From the IMG/VR virus record IMGVR_UViG_3300030104_004449, positions 1 to 38,369 of that record: 38,369 bases of DNA, one strand, 5' to 3'. Origin of the DNA: a virus. Lineage: Duplodnaviria; Caudoviricetes. A program made the position numbers and the translations under genes. Positions 25,404 to 33,936 of this stretch are shown here, one piece after another (the stretch's first letter is position 1; each line of letters opens with the position of its first letter). A model generated the notes under the pieces. That model had not been told where the DNA came from and ran no database searches. It saw only the letters and a list, made by a program, of their open reading frames with translations.

Positions 25404-28400
25404 TTGTGGTGCAGGTAAAAAAGGTAGCGCAGGTTTCCAACCTGGAAATACTTGCGCAGGTGAGGGTGGTAGTCAAACCTCCACACCTGAGTTTAAGTCA
25501 TGGTTCGGTGATTCTAAAGTTGTAAATGATAATGGTGAACCGTTAGTTGTTTATCATGGAACTTCAATAGGTGGCGCTAAAAGAAATAAAGATACAGCAA
25601 AAAACATAGAAGAACAGGGTTTTATTCCACAACAAGGAGATTGGGGAAAAGGAATATATTTTACTGACAACCCTGATGTAGCAAGTTTGTATGCTGATGA
25701 AAAAGGTAAACCTACTTGGGAAGATGAACAAGAAGTTCAAGGACAAGGTTCTACTATCTATCCGAGTTATGTAAAAATTGAAAAGCCTTTTACAATAAGT
25801 GAAACATCTTTTAGCAACTTAACAGATATTCTTTTTTCAATCCCGACAGATTTAGAAAATTGGGATGAAACTTATGAAAAGAACAAAGAAAAAATTGGGA
25901 TGGTAGAAGGTAACGAATCTTGGGAAATTGCTCAGAAAAATTTTCGTGAAGTTAAAAAATATCAAACTAGAGCAATAATAAATTCTTTAAAAGAATACGG
26001 TTATGACGGTTTAAAAATTGAAGATGCAAATGTTAGAGGAAAAGAATCAACATATTATGTTGCATGGAATCCAACTCAAATTAAATCTTCTATTTCAAAC
26101 AAAGGTACGTTTGACCCTGACAATCCAAAAATAACTCATTCTAAATCTGATTGTGGTGCAGGAAAAGACAACGCACCTGGATTTCAGCCAGGCAATACTT
26201 GCGCAGGAGAAGGTGGTGGTGAACAAACATCAACACCAGAATTTAAATCTTGGTTTGGTGACAGTAAAATAGTAAACGAAAGCGGTGAGCCGTTAGTTGT
26301 TTATCATGGTTCAGGAGTTTCAGGAATAGAAACTTTTGATTCAAGTTTAGCAGGTACGGTACAAAGGTCAGATTGGGGAGAAGGAATATATTTCACACCA
26401 AAAAAGTGGCAAGCAGATTCGTATAGAGATGATGCCGTTTTAAAAAATGACCCTGTTGGAGATAAATTATATAAAGAAGCAGAAGATAAAGCAAAAGAAT
26501 TAGGTGTGCGTGACGGAGATTTAATGTATGTTGGAATTGATTTAGGATTTGATACTCCTGAATACAATGAAGTAAATGAATTAACTAACAAATGGAGAGA
26601 ACACAGAGAAGAACTTACTAAAAGTGGCAAAGAAGGAGAAACTTACAGCACTTATTTAAAAATAAAAAATCCACTTATTTATCAATATGTAGGAATAACA
26701 GACCCTACTCTTGCTGAGGAAGCAAAACATAAAGGACACGATGGAATTATTATTGTTAATGAGGATAGGTGGTGGGAAAAAGGGCATTTGTCTAAATTTA
26801 TAGATGAAATAATTGTTTTTGACTCAACCCAAATTAAATCAGCCACAGGTAACAAAGGTGATTTCGACCCTGACAATCCCAAGATAACTTACGCTAAATC
26901 AGACTGCGGTGCAGGTAAAGAGGGTAGTGCGGGTTTCCAACCTGGTAATACCTGTGCAGGAGAAAGTAAAAATAATCAAACAACATCAAAAGAATTTAAA
27001 TCTTGGTTTGGTGATTCTAAAATTGTAGATAAAAACGGTGAGCCTATGGTTGTGTATCATGGTTCTCCTAATCCAGATTTTAATGAATTAAGTTACGAAC
27101 ACATTGGGAAAGGTTTAGACCAATGGGGCTTAGGTTTTTACATGGGAGAAACTGCTGAAATTGCAAATAGGTATACATCAAAACACAATGTTTCAGGTCA
27201 AGAAAAAAAACATGGTGGAGTTTTACCTTTATATGCAAAAATAAAAAACCCTCTTGTGTTAGATGGACTTAAAGATAAAAATTTTGGAAGTGCTTTAGAA
27301 TTAACTTATGACCAAGCATTACATATAATAAAACAATCACCAAACATACACAGAAAAATTTACAACCCATTAGAAGATTGGGGATACGATGTATCGGGTG
27401 GGGTTGAAGATTGGATGTTAAAAGAAGTTGCGGATTCATATACAAATCCAATGCAAATATGGAATGATTTTTTTAAAAGGCAAAATATAGAAGGTAAGCA
27501 TGCAGAAATTTATCTTAATGCGTTGTCAGAAACTACAGGTTACGATGGAGTTCAAGTAGATTTTGGAACAGGTAAAAGTTTTTACATAGCATGGTTTCCA
27601 AATCAAGTTAAATCAGCGATAGGTAACAAAGGTACATTTGACCCTGACAATTTAAAATTAACTCACAAAAAAGAATTTGCTAGAGATAAAGACATACAAG
27701 AAGAATTTGATTCTATGTTTGAGGATTTTAATATTGATTTAGATTTTGAGTCAGCCCCAAACAAAAGAGCATTAGCGGATTTAGAAGCAAGAGTTCCAAT
27801 GCTACGCATGCAAATAGATGAGATGGAAAGAACAGCAAACAACATGGCTATGGAAATTGTTTCTACTGAACGTCTTAAAATAATACCTTATTTAGAAAAA
27901 ACATCTAATGCCATGAAATCCGCATTGCGTAATGCTTTTTGGGTATCAGATGTAGATTATGAAACTGTTGTTAATTTACAAAAATTGTTAGCGGATGCAA
28001 TTCGTGGAGTTATGCCTGGCAAAGAATTAAATTTGCCAGATTTTATCGACCACGCTAAATTAGAAGGCGCATCAAATTTGACGGATGCTCGGCTTGAAAC
28101 AATATATCGAACTAATATTATGACATCGGCCAATGAAGGTGTAATGTCTGTATTGCGTTCGGACGAAGGGCAAGATGCTTTTCCATTAGTTATGATTGAT
28201 GAGATATCAGATGATAGAACTCGACCGCACCATAAAATTATGGATGGATACATTACTACGCCAAGTGAAATGGATAGATTAAACCTAAGACCGCCAAACG
28301 GTTACAACTGTCGAGCAACTCTAGTTAAAATAGATTGGGATGAAGCAAACGATTTAGGATTACTTGACGATTTAGGTAAACCCGATATGATTGCTATAAA

Positions 28401-28485
28401 TAGATACAACACGCCAGAACAGCAAGGATTAATAAAAGCAGGTATTTACCCAGACGAAGGTTTCAAACGAGGGAACTTTATATGA
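25393..28485 (+). CDS. Polyvalent head protein: 3 x (CGAG tag + ART-PolyVal-like domain) + C-terminal MuF domain
   Basis: Three EFKSWFGDSK(V/I)V..GEP.VVYHG...Q(I/V)KS...NKG.FDPDN repeats; MuF motifs RLETIYRTN, DDRTRPHH, PPNGYNCRA. Confidence 0.88.
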   Translation: MPSNCGAGKKGSAGFQPGNTCAGEGGSQTSTPEFKSWFGDSKVVNDNGEPLVVYHGTSIGGAKRNKDTAKNIEEQGFIPQQGDWGKGIYFTDNPDVASLYADEKGKPTWEDEQEVQGQGSTIYPSYVKIEKPFTISETSFSNLTDILFSIPTDLENWDETYEKNKEKIGMVEGNESWEIAQKNFREVKKYQTRAIINSLKEYGYDGLKIEDANVRGKESTYYVAWNPTQIKSSISNKGTFDPDNPKITHSKSDCGAGKDNAPGFQPGNTCAGEGGGEQTSTPEFKSWFGDSKIVNESGEPLVVYHGSGVSGIETFDSSLAGTVQRSDWGEGIYFTPKKWQADSYRDDAVLKNDPVGDKLYKEAEDKAKELGVRDGDLMYVGIDLGFDTPEYNEVNELTNKWREHREELTKSGKEGETYSTYLKIKNPLIYQYVGITDPTLAEEAKHKGHDGIIIVNEDRWWEKGHLSKFIDEIIVFDSTQIKSATGNKGDFDPDNPKITYAKSDCGAGKEGSAGFQPGNTCAGESKNNQTTSKEFKSWFGDSKIVDKNGEPMVVYHGSPNPDFNELSYEHIGKGLDQWGLGFYMGETAEIANRYTSKHNVSGQEKKHGGVLPLYAKIKNPLVLDGLKDKNFGSALELTYDQALHIIKQSPNIHRKIYNPLEDWGYDVSGGVEDWMLKEVADSYTNPMQIWNDFFKRQNIEGKHAEIYLNALSETTGYDGVQVDFGTGKSFYIAWFPNQVKSAIGNKGTFDPDNLKLTHKKEFARDKDIQEEFDSMFEDFNIDLDFESAPNKRALADLEARVPMLRMQIDEMERTANNMAMEIVSTERLKIIPYLEKTSNAMKSALRNAFWVSDVDYETVVNLQKLLADAIRGVMPGKELNLPDFIDHAKLEGASNLTDARLETIYRTNIMTSANEGVMSVLRSDEGQDAFPLVMIDEISDDRTRPHHKIMDGYITTPSEMDRLNLRPPNGYNCRATLVKIDWDEANDLGLLDDLGKPDMIAINRYNTPEQQGLIKAGIYPDEGFKRGNFI

Positions 28486-28667
28486 GGCATAAAACATTTT
28501 ACACTTTGACCGAAACAGCATCTATGTTGCGAGTCAGTGAAAACACGATTTATAGAATGGCAAGGCGAGGCGATATAAATGGTACTAAAGTCGGAAGGCA
28601 ATGGAGATTTTCTGACGAATCAATACAGAATATTAAAAAAAGTTCTAACAAAAAAACCCATTATTAA
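28482..28667 (+). CDS. Excisionase-like HTH (HTH_17) DNA-binding protein
   Basis: FYTLTETASMLRVSENTIYRMARRGDINGTKVGRQWRF. Confidence 0.88.
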   Translation: MRHKTFYTLTETASMLRVSENTIYRMARRGDINGTKVGRQWRFSDESIQNIKKSSNKKTHY

Positions 28668-28730
28668 CCACAACTGCTCAATTAATAAAAAAACTACGCA
28701 CAATCTCTTGATAATGTAGATAATTGTTTT

Positions 28731-30059
28731 ATGGGCGAACCTAATCACAGCATGCCTTCGCATTCAATCACTGACAAAGGCGATAAAATTGTTATTCACG
28801 ATTTAGAACTTTTTGTCGGTCACATTGACGGCTTCGATGATGCAGAGAGCGACATTAAAGACCTCGATACAGAGGCGATAGACTCCATAATCACGAAAAC
28901 TAAAAGGCACATGAGCGCAGGCGCAAACCCAAAATTAGTTTTGATGCACCAAAATGACAATGGTAGCACTCCAACAGAATCCATTGGCGATATAGTCAGT
29001 ATTCACGCTAAACCTATTGAGATTAAGTGTGAGGATAAATCTGTTTATAAAGGAGCGGGCATTGTCGGGGATGTCGAGATGTCAAAAAAAGATTTTGACC
29101 GTTACTTAGCATCTAATCGTTACCCCAGACGAAGTGCCGAAATTTGGGAAGATGGTCATCTAAGCGAGGTCGCCTTACTAGGGAGAGAAACTCCTGCAAG
29201 ACCCCTTCGAGACACTAAGTTTTCACGCACAGGCGAAAAGAAAGTTTTTAACAGACCCACTACTTTCGCAATGGTTTCTCCTGGAAGTGCAAATACATAT
29301 GTACCAAGTGGGTCTGATGAACAAGAGGAATTTAATAAAATGCCAGACATGACAATGCCTGACCACGAAGAAGATGCAAGTTTGAAAAAAGACTTACTTG
29401 CTAAGTACCGTATGGAAAATGAAGAGTTGAAAGACAAAGTTTCCAAATTAGAAGCCGATATGGCATCAATGAACACTTCCGAAGAAGAAGAAATGGAATT
29501 TGATATGCCAGATATGGACGAAGAAATGGAAGAAAACACATACGGTGATTGTCCAGATGATGATGAAGAAAAAATGGAGTACCAAGAAGAAGAAGAAGAT
29601 GATGATGAAGAAATGAAACAAGAGTTTAGTAAACTTCGTCAAAGTCCTTCAGGTACTAAATTGCTTCGCAAGTATTCTAAAATTAAAAAGCAACGCAATC
29701 TTTACAAGAAACGTCTTGATGCTATGGCTAACAAAGTCAAAAAAGAAAAGTTTAACAGAGCATTGGACAAACTTGCTACTGAAGGTTTTGTTGTAAAAGC
29801 ACACAGAGATGTAATGCTTTCAGAGTTAATGGATTCTAAAGACCCAGTTGCTAAAATTAAATTTTGGAAAGCAACAATGAAACGAATCCCTGTTGGCAAA
29901 AAATTAAACGCCAAAAATACTCGACAAAAAACAAAAATAAACTTTAGTGCTGAACAAAAGAAGATTGCTTCTGAATCAGCAGTAAAAAGAATTGCTCAAG
30001 AAGGTCTTGCGGCATCACAATTCCAAAAAGTTTATCAAGAAGAACTTAGAAATCTTTAA
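28731..30059 (+). CDS. Prohead protease/scaffold (Mu gpI-like)
   Basis: VLMHQ, YPRRSAEI (candidate catalytic Ser), LSEVALLG...PA; acidic/coiled-coil C-terminal half; possible internal scaffold start at ATG 29340 after GAGGA. Confidence 0.8.
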   Translation: MGEPNHSMPSHSITDKGDKIVIHDLELFVGHIDGFDDAESDIKDLDTEAIDSIITKTKRHMSAGANPKLVLMHQNDNGSTPTESIGDIVSIHAKPIEIKCEDKSVYKGAGIVGDVEMSKKDFDRYLASNRYPRRSAEIWEDGHLSEVALLGRETPARPLRDTKFSRTGEKKVFNRPTTFAMVSPGSANTYVPSGSDEQEEFNKMPDMTMPDHEEDASLKKDLLAKYRMENEELKDKVSKLEADMASMNTSEEEEMEFDMPDMDEEMEENTYGDCPDDDEEKMEYQEEEEDDDEEMKQEFSKLRQSPSGTKLLRKYSKIKKQRNLYKKRLDAMANKVKKEKFNRALDKLATEGFVVKAHRDVMLSELMDSKDPVAKIKFWKATMKRIPVGKKLNAKNTRQKTKINFSAEQKKIASESAVKRIAQEGLAASQFQKVYQEELRNL

Positions 30060-30078
30060 TTAGAGAGAATAAAATAAT

Positions 30079-30483
30079 ATGACACATTCAATACAACCAA
30101 ATTTAGAGGCGGGTGGAACAATTCGACCATACCGAATAGTCAAAGTAAATTCATCCGCAGATAATCAATGCTTAGAAGCAGATGCAAATGAACTAGCTAT
30201 CGGAATTGTTTCAGGAAGCACACGTCAATTCGATTCAGCAAACCACGCAGAAGATGGCGACCATGTAACTTTACAACCAGGTGCAATTATGATGGTTGAA
30301 TGCGGCGGTAGTGTAACTCGTGGCAATAGTCTTGAATCTGATGCAAATGGAAAAGCAGTAGCCGAAACTGCATCAGGCACATTAAATAGACACACTTGCG
30401 GAATAGCGTTAGAGTCAGGTGCTAGCGGAAGTATTATTCGTATGATTTGGCGACCAAAAACCACACGACACGCACTTTCATAA
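30079..30483 (+). CDS. Capsid cement/head decoration protein (DUF2190-like)
   Basis: Lies between protease and capsid; AIGIV...G...VECGG.V..G...SDANGKAV...GIALE.G. Confidence 0.8.
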   Translation: MTHSIQPNLEAGGTIRPYRIVKVNSSADNQCLEADANELAIGIVSGSTRQFDSANHAEDGDHVTLQPGAIMMVECGGSVTRGNSLESDANGKAVAETASGTLNRHTCGIALESGASGSIIRMIWRPKTTRHALS

Positions 30484-30516
30484 TAATTAAACTTAGATAA
30501 ATAGAGAGAAAATACA

Positions 30517-31539
30517 ATGGCAGAAGTAGCACCAGGAGCAGCAAATACATATGTTCCTACATTTAGCGAAGCAACAGGCATGGTTCAGGTTGAGTTTTCA
30601 CGAAACCCTGCTTCATTTGCAGTAAACCAGTATGCAAAATTAGTACCTGTTTCAAAAGACACAGGTTACTACCTAAAAATTGACGAAGAAGAACAAGCAA
30701 GAATTGTAACTTTAAGCGACACAGTTTGGGCTGATGGAAATGATGCCCCAGAAGGCATACAACAAGACCACGAGTTCACAACATATCGAACTCAACGTCA
30801 TGCACCAACTTTTATGCTTGGTCAAAAAGCAGCCGCCAATGCTGACTTTGAAGTTGTTGCTTCACATGCACGAATGGCCGCAAGTAAATGTATGCGTATT
30901 CGTTCACATAGAGCCGCAACAGAATTGACAACAACTGGCAACTGGCCAACTGGCACAACTGACACAGCAACAAATGTTGGTGGTGGCAAATTTAGTTCAG
31001 CAACTGCAACTAACAATTACATTCAAAAATCATTTAATGGTGTAGTTGAAAATATTCTTCATAATACAAACGAAGCAGTAACTGCAAAAGACATCGTTGC
31101 AGTAATGTCTGACCAAACTGCTCATGCGATTACTGAATCAGCCGAATATAGAACATACTTCCAAGGAAGTCCATTTGCGGCTAACTTCGTTCGTGGTTCA
31201 GGTGAATTTGATGAATTTTTACTACTATCAACATTCTTTGGAGTTGGTGGAATTATTGTAGACCCAACAAGTAGAGTTACAAATCGTAAAGGTGCAACTA
31301 AAGCACGTTCACGAGTTTTTGATGACGATATTGCTTTCGTATCTCGTGTTGGTGGACAATTGGGTGCTGAAGGAGTTCCAGACTTTTCAACACTTACAAT
31401 TTTTGCTTACGAAGATATGACTGTCGAAACTGAAGATGATAGTTGGAACAGAAGAGTTCGAGGTAGAGTTGTTGATGATTCAGCAGTTGTATTAACTGCT
31501 CCACTTAGCGGATATTTACTACAAGATGTTTGGGATTAA
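30517..31539 (+). CDS. Major capsid protein
   Basis: 340 aa; position after cement gene; strong codon bias; C-terminal ...LTAPLSGYLLQDV; followed by a terminator. Confidence 0.85.
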   Translation: MAEVAPGAANTYVPTFSEATGMVQVEFSRNPASFAVNQYAKLVPVSKDTGYYLKIDEEEQARIVTLSDTVWADGNDAPEGIQQDHEFTTYRTQRHAPTFMLGQKAAANADFEVVASHARMAASKCMRIRSHRAATELTTTGNWPTGTTDTATNVGGGKFSSATATNNYIQKSFNGVVENILHNTNEAVTAKDIVAVMSDQTAHAITESAEYRTYFQGSPFAANFVRGSGEFDEFLLLSTFFGVGGIIVDPTSRVTNRKGATKARSRVFDDDIAFVSRVGGQLGAEGVPDFSTLTIFAYEDMTVETEDDSWNRRVRGRVVDDSAVVLTAPLSGYLLQDVWD

Positions 31540-31644
31540 TCATTAAACAGAAAGTTGTTTTATATTTCTTATAAATTAGTTACCTCCTCTGATGGATTAA
31601 GAAAAAATAAAACACAATGGGTAACGAATTACCCGACCCCCAAC

Positions 31645-31680
31645 GAGGGCGGGAGGGATTTTCCCTCTCGCCTTCTTTAT
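31645..31680 (+). terminator. Rho-independent terminator after the capsid gene
   Basis: 14-bp stem GAGGGCGGGAGGGA/TCCCTCTCGCCTTC (two G-U pairs) followed by TTTAT. Confidence 0.7.
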
Positions 31681-31690
31681 TAGGAGATTT

Positions 31691-32182
31691 ATGGCACAGG
31701 CAAAATACATCACAGCGACAGAACTAGCAGAATCATTTGACTCACGAATGATTAAACAACTATCTTCTTATACAGGAAGTCCTCAAAGTAGCGTAGACAA
31801 TTCAGTTGTTACTAATGCTATTGAAAAAGCATCAGCCGAAGTAGAATCATATGCTTTAAGAGGAGGTTTATACACAACTACTCATTTGTCTAGTTTGCAA
31901 TCAAGTGACGATTGGTCATTAAAGACTCTTGTTTCTACTTTGACAATGAAACATTTGTTTAGAGGAAAGACAGGTCAAATACCACCAGACATGATTGCAA
32001 TGGTTGCAGAAGCAACAGCAACATTAGAAGAACTTCGTGAAGGCAAACGAGTTTTTAATTTAGATGTTGCACATAATGCAGGAAAAGCAAAAGCGTTTGT
32101 TGTTTCCGCATCTGTTCGTGGTAACCTAAACATGCCTTCAGATTCTAAATACTTTCCAACAAGGATTACTCAAAAATATTAA
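31691..32182 (+). CDS. Head-tail connector (Mu gp36/DUF1320-like)
   Basis: YITATEL...IKQLS...AIEKASAEVESY...Y...LEELREGK; AGGAG RBS. Confidence 0.8.
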   Translation: MAQAKYITATELAESFDSRMIKQLSSYTGSPQSSVDNSVVTNAIEKASAEVESYALRGGLYTTTHLSSLQSSDDWSLKTLVSTLTMKHLFRGKTGQIPPDMIAMVAEATATLEELREGKRVFNLDVAHNAGKAKAFVVSASVRGNLNMPSDSKYFPTRITQKY

Positions 32183-32802
32183 TGTCTACTTTACGGATTA
32201 AATCTAATGAACTTGGAAATGTTCTTGCACAGCAGGTTGCATTTGTTGCCAACAATCAAATTTTATCTACAGTAATAGTTGACAGAGCAAAAAAAAGAAT
32301 TAGTAATCAAGGCGATTCAACTCATAAATATCCAGAACTGTGGGCTTCTAAGAATCAAGTTGGTTACAGGAAACATGGAAAGGCATTAAGAGATACAGGT
32401 TTTTTAATGTCTAAGTTGCACAGCGAATCTAAAAAAATATCATCCAATACTGTTCGTTGGACTTTAAAAGACGGTTCAGGTTATGGTGTTAAACATCAAG
32501 AGGGTTTTAGTAACAAACCACCCATTGCTGTTCCATTAAACAAAAAAACCGCAAGAATACTTAAGTGGTTAGGTGAACCACCTCACGACATAAGTCTTAT
32601 TCCAGAATCTTTGGAAGAAGCACCAAGTTTAGAAGAAGCAAGAAAAGGTCGCAAAGCATCAATCAAGTGGGATTATTATGTTATTGAATATGAAACAAAA
32701 GTTCCACCACGAAAAATTGCAAACAATCCACCAGAGGACGTTAAAGCAATTACCAAAGTTATAAAAAGAGCATTAAGAAAAAAAGTAAAAGGGCTAAAAT
32801 AA
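32182..32802 (+). CDS. Virion morphogenesis/neck protein (Mu gpG-like)
   Basis: ALRDTGFLMS, YGVKHQEG, VPPRK motifs. Confidence 0.75.
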   Translation: MSTLRIKSNELGNVLAQQVAFVANNQILSTVIVDRAKKRISNQGDSTHKYPELWASKNQVGYRKHGKALRDTGFLMSKLHSESKKISSNTVRWTLKDGSGYGVKHQEGFSNKPPIAVPLNKKTARILKWLGEPPHDISLIPESLEEAPSLEEARKGRKASIKWDYYVIEYETKVPPRKIANNPPEDVKAITKVIKRALRKKVKGLK

Positions 32803-32803
32803 A

Positions 32804-33367
32804 ATGGCATCAGCATTCAACATTATGGGAAAAACTACTGTCAGTGTCGCATTTAACGGTAGTGGCGGTTCATACAATGAATTAGGTTACACTGACAACA
32901 ACGACTTAATCAATTTTGAATTAGATTATATGTCACAACCAATTATGACAACTGCTTTTGGGGATATTCCTGAAAACTATATTTACACAGGAACAATGGC
33001 TTATCTGAACATGACTCTTATAAAATGGGATAGAGCGATTGCAGACGATTTAATTTATGGAACAACAGGTGCGGGCGCAGAAGGAGAAATAGGAACAATC
33101 GGTGGGTTAAGACTTGATATTGATAGTAACGATGCCGATTCAACTAAAGATGGCGTTGCGGTTAAATTAGTTTGTGCAGACACTACTCTTGGTACAACAA
33201 GAACATATATTTTTAATAAATGTTTAATATTAGGTCGAGGACTTAGGGTTCTTGATTTTGGAAACAGACCACAACGATTAGCAATTAACTTTACTTGTTT
33301 ACCAGAATTAGGCGACACAGCCGCAATAACAGCAACAGACCACATTTACTCAGTAACAGATGCGTAA
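32804..33367 (+). CDS. Putative tail tube protein
   Basis: 187 aa; ELGYT near the N-terminus; beta-rich; directly precedes the frameshifting chaperone pair. Confidence 0.7.
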   Translation: MASAFNIMGKTTVSVAFNGSGGSYNELGYTDNNDLINFELDYMSQPIMTTAFGDIPENYIYTGTMAYLNMTLIKWDRAIADDLIYGTTGAGAEGEIGTIGGLRLDIDSNDADSTKDGVAVKLVCADTTLGTTRTYIFNKCLILGRGLRVLDFGNRPQRLAINFTCLPELGDTAAITATDHIYSVTDA

Positions 33368-33397
33368 TCTGTATTAAATTTATTAGGAGGTTAAGTA

Positions 33398-33667
33398 ATG
33401 AAAGTAATAGAAACAAACAATGACGACCATGTATTCCAAGTCACAATTAAAAACAAAGGCATTGTATTTGTCGATGGTTTTGAATTGGCTTCACGCTGTT
33501 CAGAAATTGATGGAGTTGAAGAAGGAAATGCAAAACCACAAGATGTTGCAAATGCAGTTCGTGAGGTTGGTTGGAGTGAAGAAGATATGTCAAAGTTTAC
33601 ACATCACGAATTATTTTCTGTTGGTTCAAAAGTGTTGGTGGCAATCGAAGATTTGGGAAAGCCGTAG
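33398..33667 (+). CDS. Tail assembly chaperone (gpG-like)
   Basis: AGGAGG RBS; ends ...LGKP with slippery G GGA AAG. Confidence 0.75.
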   Translation: MKVIETNNDDHVFQVTIKNKGIVFVDGFELASRCSEIDGVEEGNAKPQDVANAVREVGWSEEDMSKFTHHELFSVGSKVLVAIEDLGKP

Positions 33668-33936
33668 AACCATATGCTAAATTTGCATCAGTGTATGGTT
33701 GGTGTCCAAATGTTCGAGGGCTTACTAAAGGAGAAGTTGAGTTAGGTTTAATGGCAAGGTTAAGTAAAATGAGAGCAATTAATTGTTTAGATTATTTTCA
33801 AGGGGTTGCATGTTTGTTTAATCCAGAAGCACTTGCATCTTTAGGTGAGCATGCAGGAATGAGTGATAAAGATTTAATTAAATTAAAAATGAATAATATG
33901 AAAAATGAAATGAAGGACATGAAGTCATGGCAATAA
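33655..33936 (+). CDS. gpT-like extension reached by -1 frameshift (gpGT about 179 aa, 33398-33936)
   Basis: GGGAAAG at 33655-33661; the -1 frame (GKAVEPYAKFASVYGW...) is open into ORF 33691-33936, which lacks an RBS. Confidence 0.8.
   Translation, partial: GKAVEPYAKFASVYGWCPNVRGLTKGEVELGLMARLSKMRAINCLDYFQGVACLFNPEALASLGEHAGMSDKDLIKLKMNNMKNEMKDMKSWQ

Larger units (their letters stand above)
22322..26958 (+). repeat. Six dispersed 54-nt/18-aa repeats CGAG(K/T)xxxxGFQPGNTCA
   Basis: Copies start at 22322, 22809, 23796, 25405, 26152 and 26905; differences are largely synonymous. Confidence 0.95.

Noticed and set aside
22322-26958. Six-copy repeat considered as a CRISPR array, DGR TR/VR pair or intein/mobile DNA repeat
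   Set aside because: Copies are in-frame coding, irregularly spaced hundreds of nt apart and differ at synonymous sites rather than only at adenines; no cas, reverse transcriptase or intein motifs seen
31540-31690. Possible tRNA or ncRNA after the capsid gene
   Set aside because: Only two simple hairpins (GGGTAA/TTACCC and the terminator); no cloverleaf or T-loop consensus
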